Source: Marinobacter sp.
GTDB lineage: Bacteria; Pseudomonadota; Gammaproteobacteria; Pseudomonadales; Oleiphilaceae
DNA: 64,000 nt
Assembly (NCBI RefSeq): GCF_033722735.1
Contig: NZ_JAWVYN010000008.1
Coordinates: 12,125 to 76,124 of the forward strand
Direction of reading: 5' to 3'
Position numbers and translations under genes: made by a program. The notes under the pieces were generated by a model. It searched no databases. It was not told where the DNA came from and saw only the letters and a program-made list of their open reading frames with translations. The number at the start of each line of letters is the position of its first letter. Within the stretch, counting starts at the first letter, position 1. This document shows positions 21,973 through 33,218 of the stretch, piece after piece.

Positions 21973-22752
21973 CTATTTGGTGGAGGACCGGTCGCTGGCC
22001 GGATCTTGGTGCTGATGCAGGTGCGGCGACATCACCTCTTCCAGGGTGTAGCCGGTGAGTCGCCGGATGCTGCGCCAGAGGTAGTAGAAGATGGCGATCA
22101 TCATGATCATCGAGGGGATGGCAATCATCGGGTAGCTGACCAGGGTCATCCGCCCGAGCTCCTCGTTGAAGGCCTGGGTGCCGGAGGGGCTGGTGACGAT
22201 CCATTTGGCCAGGATGTAGTTCATCGCGGAGGAAAAGAAGAAGGTTCCGCTGAACAGGTAACTGGCCTTGAGCAGCCGGGCCTCGAACTCCGCTTCGTTA
22301 TTCTGGCGGACCAGCGATGCCTGGATCTTGTCCACATCGAGGACCGACGGATTGTACAGCAGCGTGCGCACCAGGGGATACTGGGTACGGGTGGAGACCA
22401 GCACCGCCAGGCCAATCACCAGCGGTACTGCCGCCTCCTTGATGGCCAGCCACTGGGCATCCAGCTCCATCAGGCCGATACCGCCGGTCAGTCCCACACT
22501 GATGATCCCCAGCACCGCAATGAAGTTGTACTTGCGGTACCGGACCAGTTCAAACAGGCCCCACCCCAGCGGAAACGCCAGCCCAATGATCAAGGCCCAG
22601 GTGCTGCCCAGGTAGGCGTCACCACTGAACTTCATCAGGATGATCGAGGGAATGACAATGCTGACCAGCAGGTCAATCCAGGGCCGGGGCTTGTGGGTCG
22701 GAACAGTCGACTGCGGGTTGCTCATAGTGGGGCCTGTTGGATTACGGTACAT
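21973..22752 (-). CDS. Conserved polytopic inner-membrane protein of unknown function (resembles what I recall as the VC0807 family)
   Basis: 259 aa (250 aa if the start is ATG 22725, MSNPQ...). Multiple TM helices, coding-like composition and its own terminator. Confidence 0.6.
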   Translation of the reverse strand: MYRNPTGPTMSNPQSTVPTHKPRPWIDLLVSIVIPSIILMKFSGDAYLGSTWALIIGLAFPLGWGLFELVRYRKYNFIAVLGIISVGLTGGIGLMELDAQWLAIKEAAVPLVIGLAVLVSTRTQYPLVRTLLYNPSVLDVDKIQASLVRQNNEAEFEARLLKASYLFSGTFFFSSAMNYILAKWIVTSPSGTQAFNEELGRMTLVSYPMIAIPSMIMMIAIFYYLWRSIRRLTGYTLEEVMSPHLHQHQDPASDRSSTK

Positions 22753-22860
22753 GACGAACAGAATGAAAGCATCGATACGAGTGCTGATCAGTATACGATG
22801 CCAACCGGGGCGACCGAAGCGGCAAATTGTGTCGGTAATGTAAGCACGCGGGGAATCGGA

Positions 22861-23400
22861 TCAGCGCCCGCCGGGCTCTGCTCGATCGGCACTGCCGATG
22901 TACAGGAAGTTGGTGAAGTGACGACCGGGTCCTCCCAGTTGCACGGTGGTCTCGATGGACACCATGGCGTCGGAGTCGGTGGCATAGAACCGCGAGGCAT
23001 ATCCGTCGGTGTCGCCGCCGCGCTCACGCCAATCGCCCTGTGCCTGCCAATTATTCCCCAGGCAGGCCTTCACGGAGTTCAGGGCGGATTCATGCCGTTG
23101 TCTGGCGATCTGGAGATCGGGATTGGTCACCGAGCACAAGTAGGCGGAATCGCCGACGCCCCAGTTCCAGATCTGGCAGTGGCCGGTGATAAGCTCAGTC
23201 GTCGCCCGGTACACCGTGCCGGTGGCAAAGTTGTCCCCCTTGCCCCGGTGGTTCGCGAAGCCATTGGGGTAGTCGGCGATCAACCCCTGCAGGGTGGCAC
23301 AAGGATCCTCGGTGCCCACTGTTACCTCCGACGTGGTGGTACAGCCAAGCAATCCCAGGGGAAGCACTGCGAGTAGGGAAAATCGGGTGGTAGCTGGCAT
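22861..23400 (-). CDS. Lipoprotein of unknown function
   Basis: 179 aa. Signal peptide with lipobox LGLLG-C. The mature part has four further Cys residues. I recognise no family. Confidence 0.6.
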   Translation of the reverse strand: MPATTRFSLLAVLPLGLLGCTTTSEVTVGTEDPCATLQGLIADYPNGFANHRGKGDNFATGTVYRATTELITGHCQIWNWGVGDSAYLCSVTNPDLQIARQRHESALNSVKACLGNNWQAQGDWRERGGDTDGYASRFYATDSDAMVSIETTVQLGGPGRHFTNFLYIGSADRAEPGGR

Positions 23401-23481
23401 AACGGGTGGTGTCCCTTTCCTAGTGGCTCCTGACGATCACGACATCACTGGCGTTTGTGCAAGTGTAACGCGGAATACCGG

Positions 23482-23499
23482 CCTTGTGACGGCACAAGG
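23482..23499 (-). terminator. Hairpin downstream of tRNA-Pro (no clear U-tract)
   Basis: CCTTGTG-acgg-CACAAGG: 7-bp perfect stem. Confidence 0.3.
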
Positions 23500-23546
23500 G
23501 TCACAATGTGATGTTGACTGGAAAAGGGAACTGACGGGAAGGGAAA

Positions 23547-23623
<77 letters not shown>

Positions 23624-23636
23624 AATCACGGCCGGT

Positions 23637-23664
23637 ATTATACGTATCTGAGTCGGTTTTGCCA
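23637..23664 (-). promoter_or_regulatory. Candidate sigma-70 promoter for tRNA-Pro
   Basis: Minus strand TGGCAA-N16-TATAAT. The -10 element ends about 13 nt before the mature 5' end of the tRNA. Confidence 0.35.
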
Positions 23665-23685
23665 GTCCCCTGAGCAGGAAATTAC

Positions 23686-24234
23686 TCAGCCGCCGGATTG
23701 CAGCAGACTGTCGGTGAAGGCGGCCAGGTCGTCGTAGACCCGTACGCCGGGTAAGGGACGCTCCTTCAGGTGTTCCTCGGTCTCCCGGCCGTTGCCGGTG
23801 CACACCAGACAGGGCTGGCAACCGGCCGCCAGCGCCGCTTCCAGGTCCTTGCGACTGTCCCCCACCATGACGCTGCCGGCCAGGGACTCCAGTTCGAAAT
23901 GAGCGCGGATCTGCTCCAACAGGCCGGTGTGGGGCTTGCGGCAAAGGCAGCCTTCGTCGGGGTGGTGGGGACAATAGGCGATCCAGTCGATACGCCCGCC
24001 AAAGGGCTTGAGCAGGGCACACAGCTTGTCGTGCATGGCCTCGAGGGTGGCGCTGGAGTAATAGCCCCGGGCGATGCCGGACTGGTTGGTGGCGATGGCG
24101 ATACGGTAGCCGGCGACGGAGAGCCGGCCGATGGCCTCCAGACTGCCGGGAAGGGGCAACCACGCTTCCGGCGAACAGATGTAACTGCCGTCGTAGTGGT
24201 TGATGACCCCATCCCGGTCCAGGATGACCAGCAT
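23686..24234 (-). CDS. gmhB: D-glycero-beta-D-manno-heptose-1,7-bisphosphate 7-phosphatase
   Basis: HAD motif ILDRDGVIN and a Zn-site-like CPHHPDEGCLCRKP. 182 aa, located downstream of glyS as in Pseudomonas. Confidence 0.85.
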   Translation of the reverse strand: MLVILDRDGVINHYDGSYICSPEAWLPLPGSLEAIGRLSVAGYRIAIATNQSGIARGYYSSATLEAMHDKLCALLKPFGGRIDWIAYCPHHPDEGCLCRKPHTGLLEQIRAHFELESLAGSVMVGDSRKDLEAALAAGCQPCLVCTGNGRETEEHLKERPLPGVRVYDDLAAFTDSLLQSGG

Positions 24235-24241
24235 CGCGGTG

Positions 24242-26323
24242 TTAACTGGCCGTCGGCAACAGCGAAATGTCGGCCACCCGCAGGAACAGGTTGCGCAGAC
24301 GGTTGAGCAGCGCCAGCCGGTTGTTGCGGATGGCCTTGTCGTCGGCCATCACCATGACCTCGTCGAAGAAGCTGTCCACCGGCGCCCGCAGGCTGGCCAG
24401 CGAACTCAGCGCCGCGGCGTAGTCGCCCTGTTCGAACAGCGGCAGCACCCGGTCGGCCTGGGCGGCGACCTGCTCCGCCAGCGCCTTCTCGGCGGCATCC
24501 TGCAGCAGGCTGCTGTCGACGGCTTCGCCCACACCATCGCCGCCCTGCTTGGTGAGAATGTTGGAGACCCGCTTGTTGGCCGCGGCCAGCGCCTGGGCTT
24601 CCGGAAGCTGACGGAAGGCCTCCACCGCCTTGACCCGGCGGTCGAAGTCCAGCGGGCGGGTAGGCCGACGGGCGTGCACCGCCAGGTACACCTCGGCACC
24701 GATACCCTGTTCGTCATAATGGGCCCGGAAGCGCTCGAGCATGTAGTCCACCACCGTGGTCGGGGTGTCCTGCTCGGTGAGCACGGTGAAGTTCTCCGCC
24801 GCCCATTGGCAGCAGGTCTGCAGGTCCAGCGGCAGCTCCCGTTCGATGATGATGCGCAGTACCCCCAGGGAGGCGCGACGCAGGGCAAACGGGTCCCGGG
24901 TGCCGGACGGCGGCTGGTTGATGCCGAACAGCCCCACCAGGGAATCCAGCCGGTCGGCGATGGCCACCGCACAGCCGGTCAGGGTGGTGGGCAGGTCGTC
25001 GCCGGCGAAGCGCGGCATGTACTGTTCGTTGAGGGCCTGGGCGACGTCTTCCGGCTCACCGTCGTTCTGGGCATAGTACTGGCCCATGATGCCCTGCAGG
25101 TCGGTGAACTCGAGCACCATCTCGGTGACCAGGTCGGTCTTGGCCAGCATGGCGGCGCGTTCGGCCAGGGCCGGGTCACTGCCGATGGCGTCGGCGATCC
25201 GGCGGGCCAGCGCGGCCACCCGCACCGACTTGTCGTAGATGCTGCCCAGTTTTTCCTGGAACACGATCGGCTTGAGCCGGTCGATGCGGTCTTCGAGCCG
25301 GGTCTTGCGATCGGTGTCGTAGAAGAAGGCGGCGTCCGCCAGGCGGGGCCGGATCACCTTCTCGTTACCGGAGATTACCTGGGCCGGGTCCTTGCTTTCG
25401 AGGTTGGCCACGGTGACGAACAGGGGCAGCATGCGGTCGTTGCTGTCCACCACGTGGAAGTACTTCTGGTGCTCCTCCATGGAGGAGATCAGGGCCTCCG
25501 CCGGCACCTCCAGGAACCGCTCCTCGAATCGGCCCAGCAGCGGTACCGGCCACTCGTTGAGGGCGGTGACCTCGTCCAGCAGGTCGTCATTGATGACTGC
25601 CCTGCCCTGGGCCTCCTGCTCGGCGATGGCGGTGACGCCTTTGCGAATCACCTCCCGGCGTTCGGCGAAATTGGCAATCACCCGCCCTTCTTCACGCAGC
25701 ACCACCTCGTAGTCGCCCGGGGTGGGAATGATCAGCGCCTTGGGGCAATGGAAGCGGTGACCCCGGGTCTGGTTGCCGGGCGTCAGGCCCATGATGGGGG
25801 TGTCGATCACCTTGTTGCCGTACAGCAGCACCAGCCAGTGCACCGGACGGACGAACTCGGTGCGGTGGGCGCCCCAGCGCATGCGTTTGGGAATCGGCAA
25901 CGCCGCCAGCGACTGTTCGATCAATTGCGGCAGCAACTCGACGGTGGGCTTGCCCTGCTCGACGGTGCGGTACACCACCCAGGCGCCCTTGTCGGTCTCC
26001 AGGGTGTCGAGCTGGTCGGGAGTCACCCCCAGGGAACTGGCGAAGCCGTTCAGGGCCCGGGTGGGGTTGCCGGCTTCGTCGAACGCCGCCTTGACCGCCG
26101 GCCCTCGCTTTTCCAGTGGCTTGTCCGGCTGGGCGTCGGCCAGGTCGCGGACCCGCACCGCCAGACGACGGGGTGCGGCGAAGGCTTCCACCGAACCATG
26201 GTCAATACCGGCCTCGTCGAGGCCCTTGGCAATGCCCTGGGTAAACGCATCGGAGAGGGTTTTCAGCGCCTTGGGTGGCAGCTCTTCGGTACCCAGTTCG
26301 ACCAGAAAATCCTGTGTTGCCAT
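24242..26323 (-). CDS. glyS: Glycine--tRNA ligase beta subunit
   Basis: 693 aa: [20 protein letters not shown]..., immediately after glyQ. Confidence 0.95.
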   Translation of the reverse strand: MATQDFLVELGTEELPPKALKTLSDAFTQGIAKGLDEAGIDHGSVEAFAAPRRLAVRVRDLADAQPDKPLEKRGPAVKAAFDEAGNPTRALNGFASSLGVTPDQLDTLETDKGAWVVYRTVEQGKPTVELLPQLIEQSLAALPIPKRMRWGAHRTEFVRPVHWLVLLYGNKVIDTPIMGLTPGNQTRGHRFHCPKALIIPTPGDYEVVLREEGRVIANFAERREVIRKGVTAIAEQEAQGRAVINDDLLDEVTALNEWPVPLLGRFEERFLEVPAEALISSMEEHQKYFHVVDSNDRMLPLFVTVANLESKDPAQVISGNEKVIRPRLADAAFFYDTDRKTRLEDRIDRLKPIVFQEKLGSIYDKSVRVAALARRIADAIGSDPALAERAAMLAKTDLVTEMVLEFTDLQGIMGQYYAQNDGEPEDVAQALNEQYMPRFAGDDLPTTLTGCAVAIADRLDSLVGLFGINQPPSGTRDPFALRRASLGVLRIIIERELPLDLQTCCQWAAENFTVLTEQDTPTTVVDYMLERFRAHYDEQGIGAEVYLAVHARRPTRPLDFDRRVKAVEAFRQLPEAQALAAANKRVSNILTKQGGDGVGEAVDSSLLQDAAEKALAEQVAAQADRVLPLFEQGDYAAALSSLASLRAPVDSFFDEVMVMADDKAIRNNRLALLNRLRNLFLRVADISLLPTAS

Positions 26324-26325
26324 GG

Positions 26326-27315
26326 TTATGCGTTCCCCTTAGCAGAGTCTTTCGCTTGTTCGTCATTGCCGTTGGCCAGCAGTTCCTGGCGCAGGGCCTC
26401 GGGGGCCAGCGGGAAGCCGAGTTGCTGGCGGCTGTCGAAGTAGGCCTGGGCCACGGCGCGGGCCAGGGTGCGGACCCGCAGGATGAAGCGCTGGCGCTCG
26501 GTGACCGAGATGGCGTGACGGGCGTCCAGCAGGTTGAAGGTGTGGGAAGCCTTCAGCACCTGTTCGTAGGCGGGCAACGCCAGACCGGCTTCGATCAGGC
26601 GCTTGCTCTCGCGCTCATGGACGTCAAAGCAGTGGAACAGGAACTCGGTGTCGGCCTGCTCGAAGTTGTAGGTGGACATCTCCACCTCGTTCTGGTGGAA
26701 CACGTCACCGTAAGTGACCACCCCATCGGGACCTTCGGTCCACACCAGGTCGTAGACACTGTCCACGCCCTGCAGGTACATGGCGATCCGTTCCAGGCCG
26801 TAGGTGAGCTCGCCGGTGACCGGGTAACACTCCAGGCCACCCACCTGCTGGAAGTAGGTGAACTGGGTCACCTCCATGCCGTTGAGCCAGATTTCCCAAC
26901 CCAGACCCCAGGCGCCCAGGGTGGGGGATTCCCAGTTGTCTTCCACAAAGCGGATGTCGTGCACCAGCGGGTCCAGGCCCAGGGCCTTGAGGGAGTCCAG
27001 GTAGAGTTCCTGGATGTTGTCCGGCGAGGGCTTGAGCACCACCTGGAACTGGTAGTAGTGCTGCAGGCGGTTGGGGTTCTCGCCGTAACGGCCGTCGGTG
27101 GGCCGGCGGCTGGGCTGCACGTAGGCGGCGTTCCAGGTTTCCGGTCCGATGGCCCGCAGGAAGGTGGCCGGGTGGAAGGTGCCGGCCCCCACTTCCATAT
27201 CCAGTGGCTGGAGAACCACGCAGCCGTGCTGCGCCCAGAAATTCTGCAGAGCCAGGATCAGCCCCTGGAAGGTTTTGACGTCCGGGCTCTTAGTGTTTGT
27301 TGCCTTGTCAGTCAC
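26326..27315 (-). CDS. glyQ: Glycine--tRNA ligase alpha subunit
   Basis: 329 aa: [44 protein letters not shown]... GTG start. Confidence 0.95.
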   Translation of the reverse strand: MTDKATNTKSPDVKTFQGLILALQNFWAQHGCVVLQPLDMEVGAGTFHPATFLRAIGPETWNAAYVQPSRRPTDGRYGENPNRLQHYYQFQVVLKPSPDNIQELYLDSLKALGLDPLVHDIRFVEDNWESPTLGAWGLGWEIWLNGMEVTQFTYFQQVGGLECYPVTGELTYGLERIAMYLQGVDSVYDLVWTEGPDGVVTYGDVFHQNEVEMSTYNFEQADTEFLFHCFDVHERESKRLIEAGLALPAYEQVLKASHTFNLLDARHAISVTERQRFILRVRTLARAVAQAYFDSRQQLGFPLAPEALRQELLANGNDEQAKDSAKGNA

Positions 27316-27388
27316 GACGATTGCCTGCTAGTCGGTCTGTATGTCGCGCACCGGCCGGGGCCGGGGCGCATTGAATGAAAAGAGCAGC

Positions 27389-27418
27389 ATTATACGCTGC
27401 CGCCGTCCGGTTTTCTAA
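27389..27418 (-). promoter_or_regulatory. Candidate sigma-70 promoter for glyQS
   Basis: Minus strand TTAGAA-N18-TATAAT, about 70 nt upstream of the glyQ start. Confidence 0.4.
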
Positions 27419-27467
27419 GTCGGGGTTGTAACCGGCTGGCCGGCCGGTCGCAAAACTGGGAACGCCG

Positions 27468-28841
27468 TCAGAAAAAGGTCAGGCCCACCTGGAACAACCG
27501 TTCTACATCACGGATTCTCGACTTGTCCACCAGGAACAGGATGACGTGGTCATCGGGCTGCACCCGCAGGTGATCGTGGGCGATGAGCACCTCGTTATGG
27601 CGGACAATGGCGCCGATGGTGGTGCCCTCCGGCAGGGCGATCTCGTCCAGCCGCTTACCCACCACCTTGGAGGACCGGTGATCCCCGTGGGCGATGGCCT
27701 CGATGGCCTCGGCCGCCCCCCGGCGCAGGGAGTGAACGTTCACCACATCACCCCGGCGCACGTGGGTCAGCAGGCTGCCAATGGTGGTCTGCTGCGGCGA
27801 GATGGCGACGTCGATGTCGCCACCCTGGATCAAGTCGACGTAGTCCGGGTTGTTGATCAGGGTCAGTACCTTGCGGGCGCCGAGCCGTTTGGCCAGCAGC
27901 GAGGCCATGATGTTGGCCTCGTCATCGTTGGTGACCGCGCAGAACACGTCGGTGTTCTCGATGTTCTCTTCCAGCAGGATGTCCTTGTTGGCGGCGTTGC
28001 CCTCCAGCACCACGGTCTTGCGCAGGCTTTCGGAGAGCATCACGCAACGCTCGCGGTCCCTCTCCAGCAGCTTGACCTGGTAACGGCTCTCCAGGGTATG
28101 GGCCAGGCGCTGACCGATGTTCCCGCCGCCGCAGACGAAGATGCGCTTGTAGGGTTTCTCCAGGGGCTGGAGTTCGCTCATCACCGAGCGGATGTGGTCG
28201 GTGCCGGCGATGAAGAACACCTCGTCGCCGTCTTCGATCACCGTATCGCCCTGGGGAATGATTGGTCGGTCCTTGCGGAAGATGGCCGCCACCCGGGTTT
28301 CGATACGGGGCATGTGGGTGCGCAGGTAGGACAGTTCGTGCCCCACCAGGGGGCCGCCCTTGGTGGCCCGGATCGCCACCAGCCGCACCAGGCCCTTGGA
28401 GAATTCCAGCACCTGCAGGGCCCCGGGGTACTCGATCAGGCGGGTGATGTGACGGGTGACCAGGTGCTCGGGACTGATCAGCACATCGACCGGAAAGCCC
28501 TGCTCGCCGAACAGCTCCTTGCGGGCCAGGTAGGCGTTGGCCCGCACCCGGCTGATCTTGGTGGGGGTCTTGAACAGCACGCTGGCCACCTGGCAGGCGA
28601 CCATGTTGACCTCGTCGCTGTTGGTGACCGCGATCAGCATATCGGCGTCGTCGGCCCCGGCCTGACGCAGGATTGTCGGGTAGGAGCCCCGGCCCTGCAC
28701 CGTGCGGATATCGAGCCGGTCCTGCAGCTCCCGCAGCCGGGTGCTGTCGGCGTCGATCACCGTGATGTCGTTGGCCTCGTTGGCCAGGTTCTCGGCCAGG
28801 GTACCGCCCACCTGGCCGGCGCCGAGTATGATGATCTTCAT
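27468..28841 (-). CDS. trkA: Trk potassium uptake system NAD-binding protein TrkA
   Basis: 457 aa with two Rossmann motifs ([13 protein letters not shown] and [14 protein letters not shown]). Confidence 0.93.
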   Translation of the reverse strand: MKIIILGAGQVGGTLAENLANEANDITVIDADSTRLRELQDRLDIRTVQGRGSYPTILRQAGADDADMLIAVTNSDEVNMVACQVASVLFKTPTKISRVRANAYLARKELFGEQGFPVDVLISPEHLVTRHITRLIEYPGALQVLEFSKGLVRLVAIRATKGGPLVGHELSYLRTHMPRIETRVAAIFRKDRPIIPQGDTVIEDGDEVFFIAGTDHIRSVMSELQPLEKPYKRIFVCGGGNIGQRLAHTLESRYQVKLLERDRERCVMLSESLRKTVVLEGNAANKDILLEENIENTDVFCAVTNDDEANIMASLLAKRLGARKVLTLINNPDYVDLIQGGDIDVAISPQQTTIGSLLTHVRRGDVVNVHSLRRGAAEAIEAIAHGDHRSSKVVGKRLDEIALPEGTTIGAIVRHNEVLIAHDHLRVQPDDHVILFLVDKSRIRDVERLFQVGLTFF

Positions 28842-28880
28842 AAGTCCCTTACCTGTACCGGCCCGGGGCCGGACTGCTGG

Positions 28881-30182
28881 TTACTCATCGTGCTTGATCA
28901 ACACCGCGTAGAAGAAGCCGTCGTGGCCATCGGGCTGGGGCAGCAGCTGGCGGCCCTGGCCCATGTCCCGGCCCCAGGCGACGTCTGGCTGCAGCAGCCG
29001 TGCCTCGGGTTGAAGCTTGAGAAACCGCTGAATTATACGGTGATTCTCTTGGGGGAATACAGAACAGGTGGCGTACACCAGCCGGCCGCCAGGGGCCAGG
29101 GTGGGCCACAGGGCCTCCAGCAGCCTCAGCTGGATGGCGGCCAGCGGCGTAATGTCGTCTTCCCGCCGCAGCAGCTTGATGTCCGGATGGCGGCGGATGA
29201 CCCCGCTGGCACTGCAAGGGACGTCCAGCAGGATCCGGTCGAACCGTTGGCCATCCCACCACTGGGCGGTATCGGCGGCATCGGCGGCCAACACCCGGGC
29301 ATCGAGGCCGAGGCGGTCCAGGTTCTCGTCAATGCGGGCCAGCCGCTCCGGGGACTGGTCGAGGGCCACCACTTCGGCCAGGCCTTCACAACTTTCGAGG
29401 ATGGCGCAGGTCTTGCCACCGGGCGCGGCGCAGGCATCCAGCACCCGTTGGCCGGCGGCCAGATCCAGCAGGCTGGTGCACAGCTGGGCGGCCTCGTCCT
29501 GGACACTGGCGGTGCCATCGACAAAGCCGGGTAGGCGATCCACCGGGACCGGATGCGCCAGCTGGATGCCGTGCGGCGCATGGGGGGTGGCCGCGGCGTC
29601 GATGCCCGTCGCACGGAGACGGTCCAGATAGTCGTCCCGGGCGATCTGCCGGCGATTCACCCTGAGGGTCATCGGGGCCTGGACATTGTTGGCGGTGAGG
29701 ATGTCCTGCCAGTCGTCGGGCCAGTTGTGTTGCAGCTTGGCCACCATCCAGTCCGGGTGACTGAGCTCGATCTCCGGGCGGATTGGCGCCGGCTCCCCTT
29801 CCCGCTCGGCCTTTCTCAGCACGCCATTGACCAGGCCGGTGAGGTGGGGCTTACCGAGGGCCCGGCAGGCTTCCACAGTTTCGTTGAGCACCGCGTAGGT
29901 GGCCTGCTGGCTGAAGCGCAACTGGAACAGCGCCACCAGCATCAGCTGGTGGACAATGCGATCCTGTTTGCGCAGTGGCCGCTTGAGCCGACCCTGCAAC
30001 TCGGCATCGAGCCGGTGGAACCAGCGGCAGCTGCCGTAACACAGCGCCTGCAGCTCGCCCCGTTCCTGGTCGGCCACCCGGGCCTGGGCCGGAGGCAGGC
30101 ACTGGGACAGGGACTGGCCCTGCTCCACCGCCAACAGGACCTGGGCGGCGAGCGCCCGTAATGGCAGGGGGCCGTGGCTCAT
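28881..30182 (-). CDS. rsmB: 16S rRNA (cytosine967-C5)-methyltransferase RsmB
   Basis: 433 aa with a NusB-like N-terminus and a SAM MTase core (DACAAPGGKT, DRILLDVPCSASGVIRRHPD). Position fmt-rsmB-trkA. Confidence 0.92.
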   Translation of the reverse strand: MSHGPLPLRALAAQVLLAVEQGQSLSQCLPPAQARVADQERGELQALCYGSCRWFHRLDAELQGRLKRPLRKQDRIVHQLMLVALFQLRFSQQATYAVLNETVEACRALGKPHLTGLVNGVLRKAEREGEPAPIRPEIELSHPDWMVAKLQHNWPDDWQDILTANNVQAPMTLRVNRRQIARDDYLDRLRATGIDAAATPHAPHGIQLAHPVPVDRLPGFVDGTASVQDEAAQLCTSLLDLAAGQRVLDACAAPGGKTCAILESCEGLAEVVALDQSPERLARIDENLDRLGLDARVLAADAADTAQWWDGQRFDRILLDVPCSASGVIRRHPDIKLLRREDDITPLAAIQLRLLEALWPTLAPGGRLVYATCSVFPQENHRIIQRFLKLQPEARLLQPDVAWGRDMGQGRQLLPQPDGHDGFFYAVLIKHDE

Positions 30183-31118
30183 CTAGTGCAACTCCTGGCC
30201 GACCAGCAGCAGTTCCTTACCGCCGTTGATCAGGTCGTTCACCGTCTGCGCCCGGGTACCGGGCAACTGGACCCGGAGGATGCGCAGCACTCCCTGGCCG
30301 CACTGGACGTCAATGCCGTCCCGCTCCCGGCGAACGATGGTCCCCGGGGGACCGCCGCCGTCGCCATCCATTGGCCGGGTCTGGTGAATGCGAAGGCGCT
30401 GTTCACCAAGATCGGTGTAGTTGCCGGGCCAGGGGGTGAAGGCCCGAACCTGGCGATCGATCTCGGTGGCAGAGCGTTGCCAGTCGATATGGCCTTCCTG
30501 TTTGCTGAGCTTGTGGGCGTAACAGGCCTGGCTGTCGTCCTGGGATTCGCCCTCGAGGGCGCCGGCCTGCAATCGCGCCAGGGCGTCGACGATGGCCTCG
30601 CCGCCGAGCTCTGCCAGACGGTCGTGCAGGCTACCGCCGGTGTCGTCCTCGGTGATCGGCGTAGGGCGTTTGAGCAGCATGTCGCCGGTATCCAGGCCCG
30701 CATCCATCTGCATGATGGTAATGCCGGTTTCCCGGTCACCGGCGGCGATCGCCCGCTGGATGGGGGCGGCGCCGCGCCAGCGTGGCAGCAGCGAGGCATG
30801 GATGTTGAGGCAACCCTGGCGGGGGATGGTCAGCACCGGCTCGGGCAGGATCAGGCCGTAGGCGGCGACCACCATCACGTCCGGTCGCAACCGGGCCAGT
30901 TCCTGGCGGCTCTGCTCGGACTTGAAGTCGACCGGCTGGAACACCGGCACCCCGGCGTCCAGGGCCACCTGCTTGACCGGGCTGGGCATCAGCTTGCGCC
31001 CGCGTCCGGCCGGCCGGTCGGGTTGTGAGTAAACGCCCACTACCTGGTGATCGGTGTTCAGCAGGGCCTTGAGGGCGACAGCGGCAAAATCGGGCGTACC
31101 AGCAAAAACGATTCGCAC
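30183..31118 (-). CDS. fmt: Methionyl-tRNA formyltransferase
   Basis: GTG at 31118 gives MRIVFAGTPDFAAVALKAL... (311 aa, typical length). The longest ORF start is GTG 31166. Neither has a good SD, so the start is uncertain. Confidence 0.9.
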   Translation of the reverse strand: MRIVFAGTPDFAAVALKALLNTDHQVVGVYSQPDRPAGRGRKLMPSPVKQVALDAGVPVFQPVDFKSEQSRQELARLRPDVMVVAAYGLILPEPVLTIPRQGCLNIHASLLPRWRGAAPIQRAIAAGDRETGITIMQMDAGLDTGDMLLKRPTPITEDDTGGSLHDRLAELGGEAIVDALARLQAGALEGESQDDSQACYAHKLSKQEGHIDWQRSATEIDRQVRAFTPWPGNYTDLGEQRLRIHQTRPMDGDGGGPPGTIVRRERDGIDVQCGQGVLRILRVQLPGTRAQTVNDLINGGKELLLVGQELH

Positions 31119-31215
31119 GGGTTGGTAGTCTCTGCGTCGGTGGATACGAAAAGACCGGGTTGGCACCCGGTCTCAGGACGGTCATTGGGGTTCATCCGCT
31201 CCCGGACATGGGGCC

Positions 31216-31719
31216 TCAGGCGCGGATCTTGTGCTGTTTCTCCAGCTTCTTGCGGATCCGGTTGCGTTTCAGGGCACTCAGGTAATCCACAAACAGCTTG
31301 CCATTGAGGTGATCCATCTCGTGCTGGATACACACCGCGAGCAGGCCGGTGGCTTCCAGCTCGAAGGGCTCGCCATTACGGTCCAGGGCCTTGATCCGGA
31401 CGTGTTCGATGCGTTCGACGTCCTCGTAGAAGCCGGGCACGGACAGGCAGCCTTCCTGCATCTTCTCGTACTCGCCGTCGAGGACCTCCACCTGGGGATT
31501 GATGAACACCCGGGGTTCGCTGCGGTCTTCCGACAGATCCATCACGATCAGTTGCTTGTGGACATTGACCTGGGTGGCCGCGAGACCGATGCCGGGGGCA
31601 TCGTACATGGTCTCGAACATGTCGTCGATCAGCTGGCGAATCTCGTCCGTGACCTCGGTCACCGGCTTGGCGACGGTGCGCAAGCGGGGGTCCGGATATT
31701 CCAGGATGTCTAGGATCAT
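31216..31719 (-). CDS. def: Peptide deformylase
   Basis: 167 aa with motifs [14 protein letters not shown] and QHEMDHLNG. Confidence 0.96.
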   Translation of the reverse strand: MILDILEYPDPRLRTVAKPVTEVTDEIRQLIDDMFETMYDAPGIGLAATQVNVHKQLIVMDLSEDRSEPRVFINPQVEVLDGEYEKMQEGCLSVPGFYEDVERIEHVRIKALDRNGEPFELEATGLLAVCIQHEMDHLNGKLFVDYLSALKRNRIRKKLEKQHKIRA

Positions 31720-32082
31720 AATGGGTCGAATCTTTCGTAAAGTGCGTTACAGTCGGTGTCGGCGTGCTCGCCAGGTTCGGATTCGATGTCCGAAATGCGA
31801 CGGTGTACTGCGCATCGCCCGCGCCCTATCCATTATGATCGGGACAAAAGGGCGCGATTCAAGTGAACACCGGCTTGGACAGCGGTATTATCCCCCAAGT
31901 TCACGCCTGAGTACAAACTGACCAGGACCGCGGTCTGGTCCAGGTAGAATCTACTGGAAGAACAAAAGATAACATCACAATTTGCGAGACTTCTTCTATA
32001 GTAGTGGGATACGCACCGTGGACCGGTCTGGCGACCCGCCACCACAACCAACGATTAAGGCACGCGATCAAGGACTTACACA

Positions 32083-33102
32083 ATGAGGAAACTGCTGTAC
32101 GCTCTGGCGGCGACAATGCTGCTGCTAACTTCCTGGGCACAGGCCGCCGAGCCTGAGTTTCGGTCCGACCATCCCGAGCGTTACACCGTCGTCAAAGGGG
32201 ACACCCTGTGGGACATTTCGTCCCGTTTCCTGGACAACCCGTGGTACTGGCCCGAGATCTGGCACGTCAATCCACAGGTACAGAATCCCCACCTGATCTA
32301 CCCAGGCGATGTCCTGGCCCTGGTCTACATCGACGGTCAGCGCCGTGTGACCAAGGTGACCTCCAGCGACGTGGTGCGGCTGTCGCCACAAATCCGCTCC
32401 GAGCCCATCGACACCCCCATTCCGGCCATTCCGCTGGATGCCATCAGCAGTTTCCTGTCCGATACCCGGATTGTCAGTGCCGAGGAGCTGGAAGGCGCTC
32501 CCTACGTGCTGGAGGGTGAAGATGGCCGCATCATCACCGGAGCTGGGGACCGCATCTACGCCCGCGGGGATAAACCGGCGGACAAAATTGGCGTGTTCCG
32601 TCGCAGCAAGCGGTTTGTGGACCCGGACACCGGCGAATTCCTGGGCCTGGAAGCCCGGGCCATTGCCCGCGGTGAGGTGGCCGCTGAGAATGGCGATGTC
32701 CTCACCGTGGACCTGAACAGCTCCACCGAGGAAGTCCGCATTGCCGACCGCCTGCTGGTCAGCGAGGACCGTAGTATCAGCACCCGCTTCGTACCCAGCG
32801 CACCGGACAGCGACATCCGTGGTGAAATGATTTCGGTGGAAGGCGGGGTGACCCAGATTGGTCAGTACGACGTGGTGGCCATCAACCGCGGTGAACGGGA
32901 AGGTCTGGCGCCGGGCAATGTGCTGGCGGTGTTCAAGACCGGCAACCTGGTGCGCGACCCGGTCACCAACGAAACCGTCAAGCTTCCGGATGAGCGTGCG
33001 GGCCTGGTGATGGTGTTCCAGGCCTATGAAAAGATGAGCTACGGCCTGGTGCTGCAGGCGCTGCGCCCGCTGTCCCTGGGGGATCGGGTCCAGAACCCCT
33101 GA
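32083..33102 (+). CDS. LysM peptidoglycan-binding domain protein (TsaP-like, by position and architecture)
   Basis: 339 aa with a signal peptide and a LysM motif YTVVKGDTLWDISSRFLDNPWYWPEIW. Divergent from def and upstream of dprA, as for P. aeruginosa PA0020 (from memory). Confidence 0.75.
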   Translation: MRKLLYALAATMLLLTSWAQAAEPEFRSDHPERYTVVKGDTLWDISSRFLDNPWYWPEIWHVNPQVQNPHLIYPGDVLALVYIDGQRRVTKVTSSDVVRLSPQIRSEPIDTPIPAIPLDAISSFLSDTRIVSAEELEGAPYVLEGEDGRIITGAGDRIYARGDKPADKIGVFRRSKRFVDPDTGEFLGLEARAIARGEVAAENGDVLTVDLNSSTEEVRIADRLLVSEDRSISTRFVPSAPDSDIRGEMISVEGGVTQIGQYDVVAINRGEREGLAPGNVLAVFKTGNLVRDPVTNETVKLPDERAGLVMVFQAYEKMSYGLVLQALRPLSLGDRVQNP

Positions 33103-33218
33103 TCCCGGGCCGGACGGTTCCAGATCAACCACAGAGCCGGGTATGCCCCGGCTCTTTTTTTGTAGCCACTGTGTTCTTGACCCGCCAGGATGGCGAACCG
33201 CGACAAGGAAGCCCAGCA

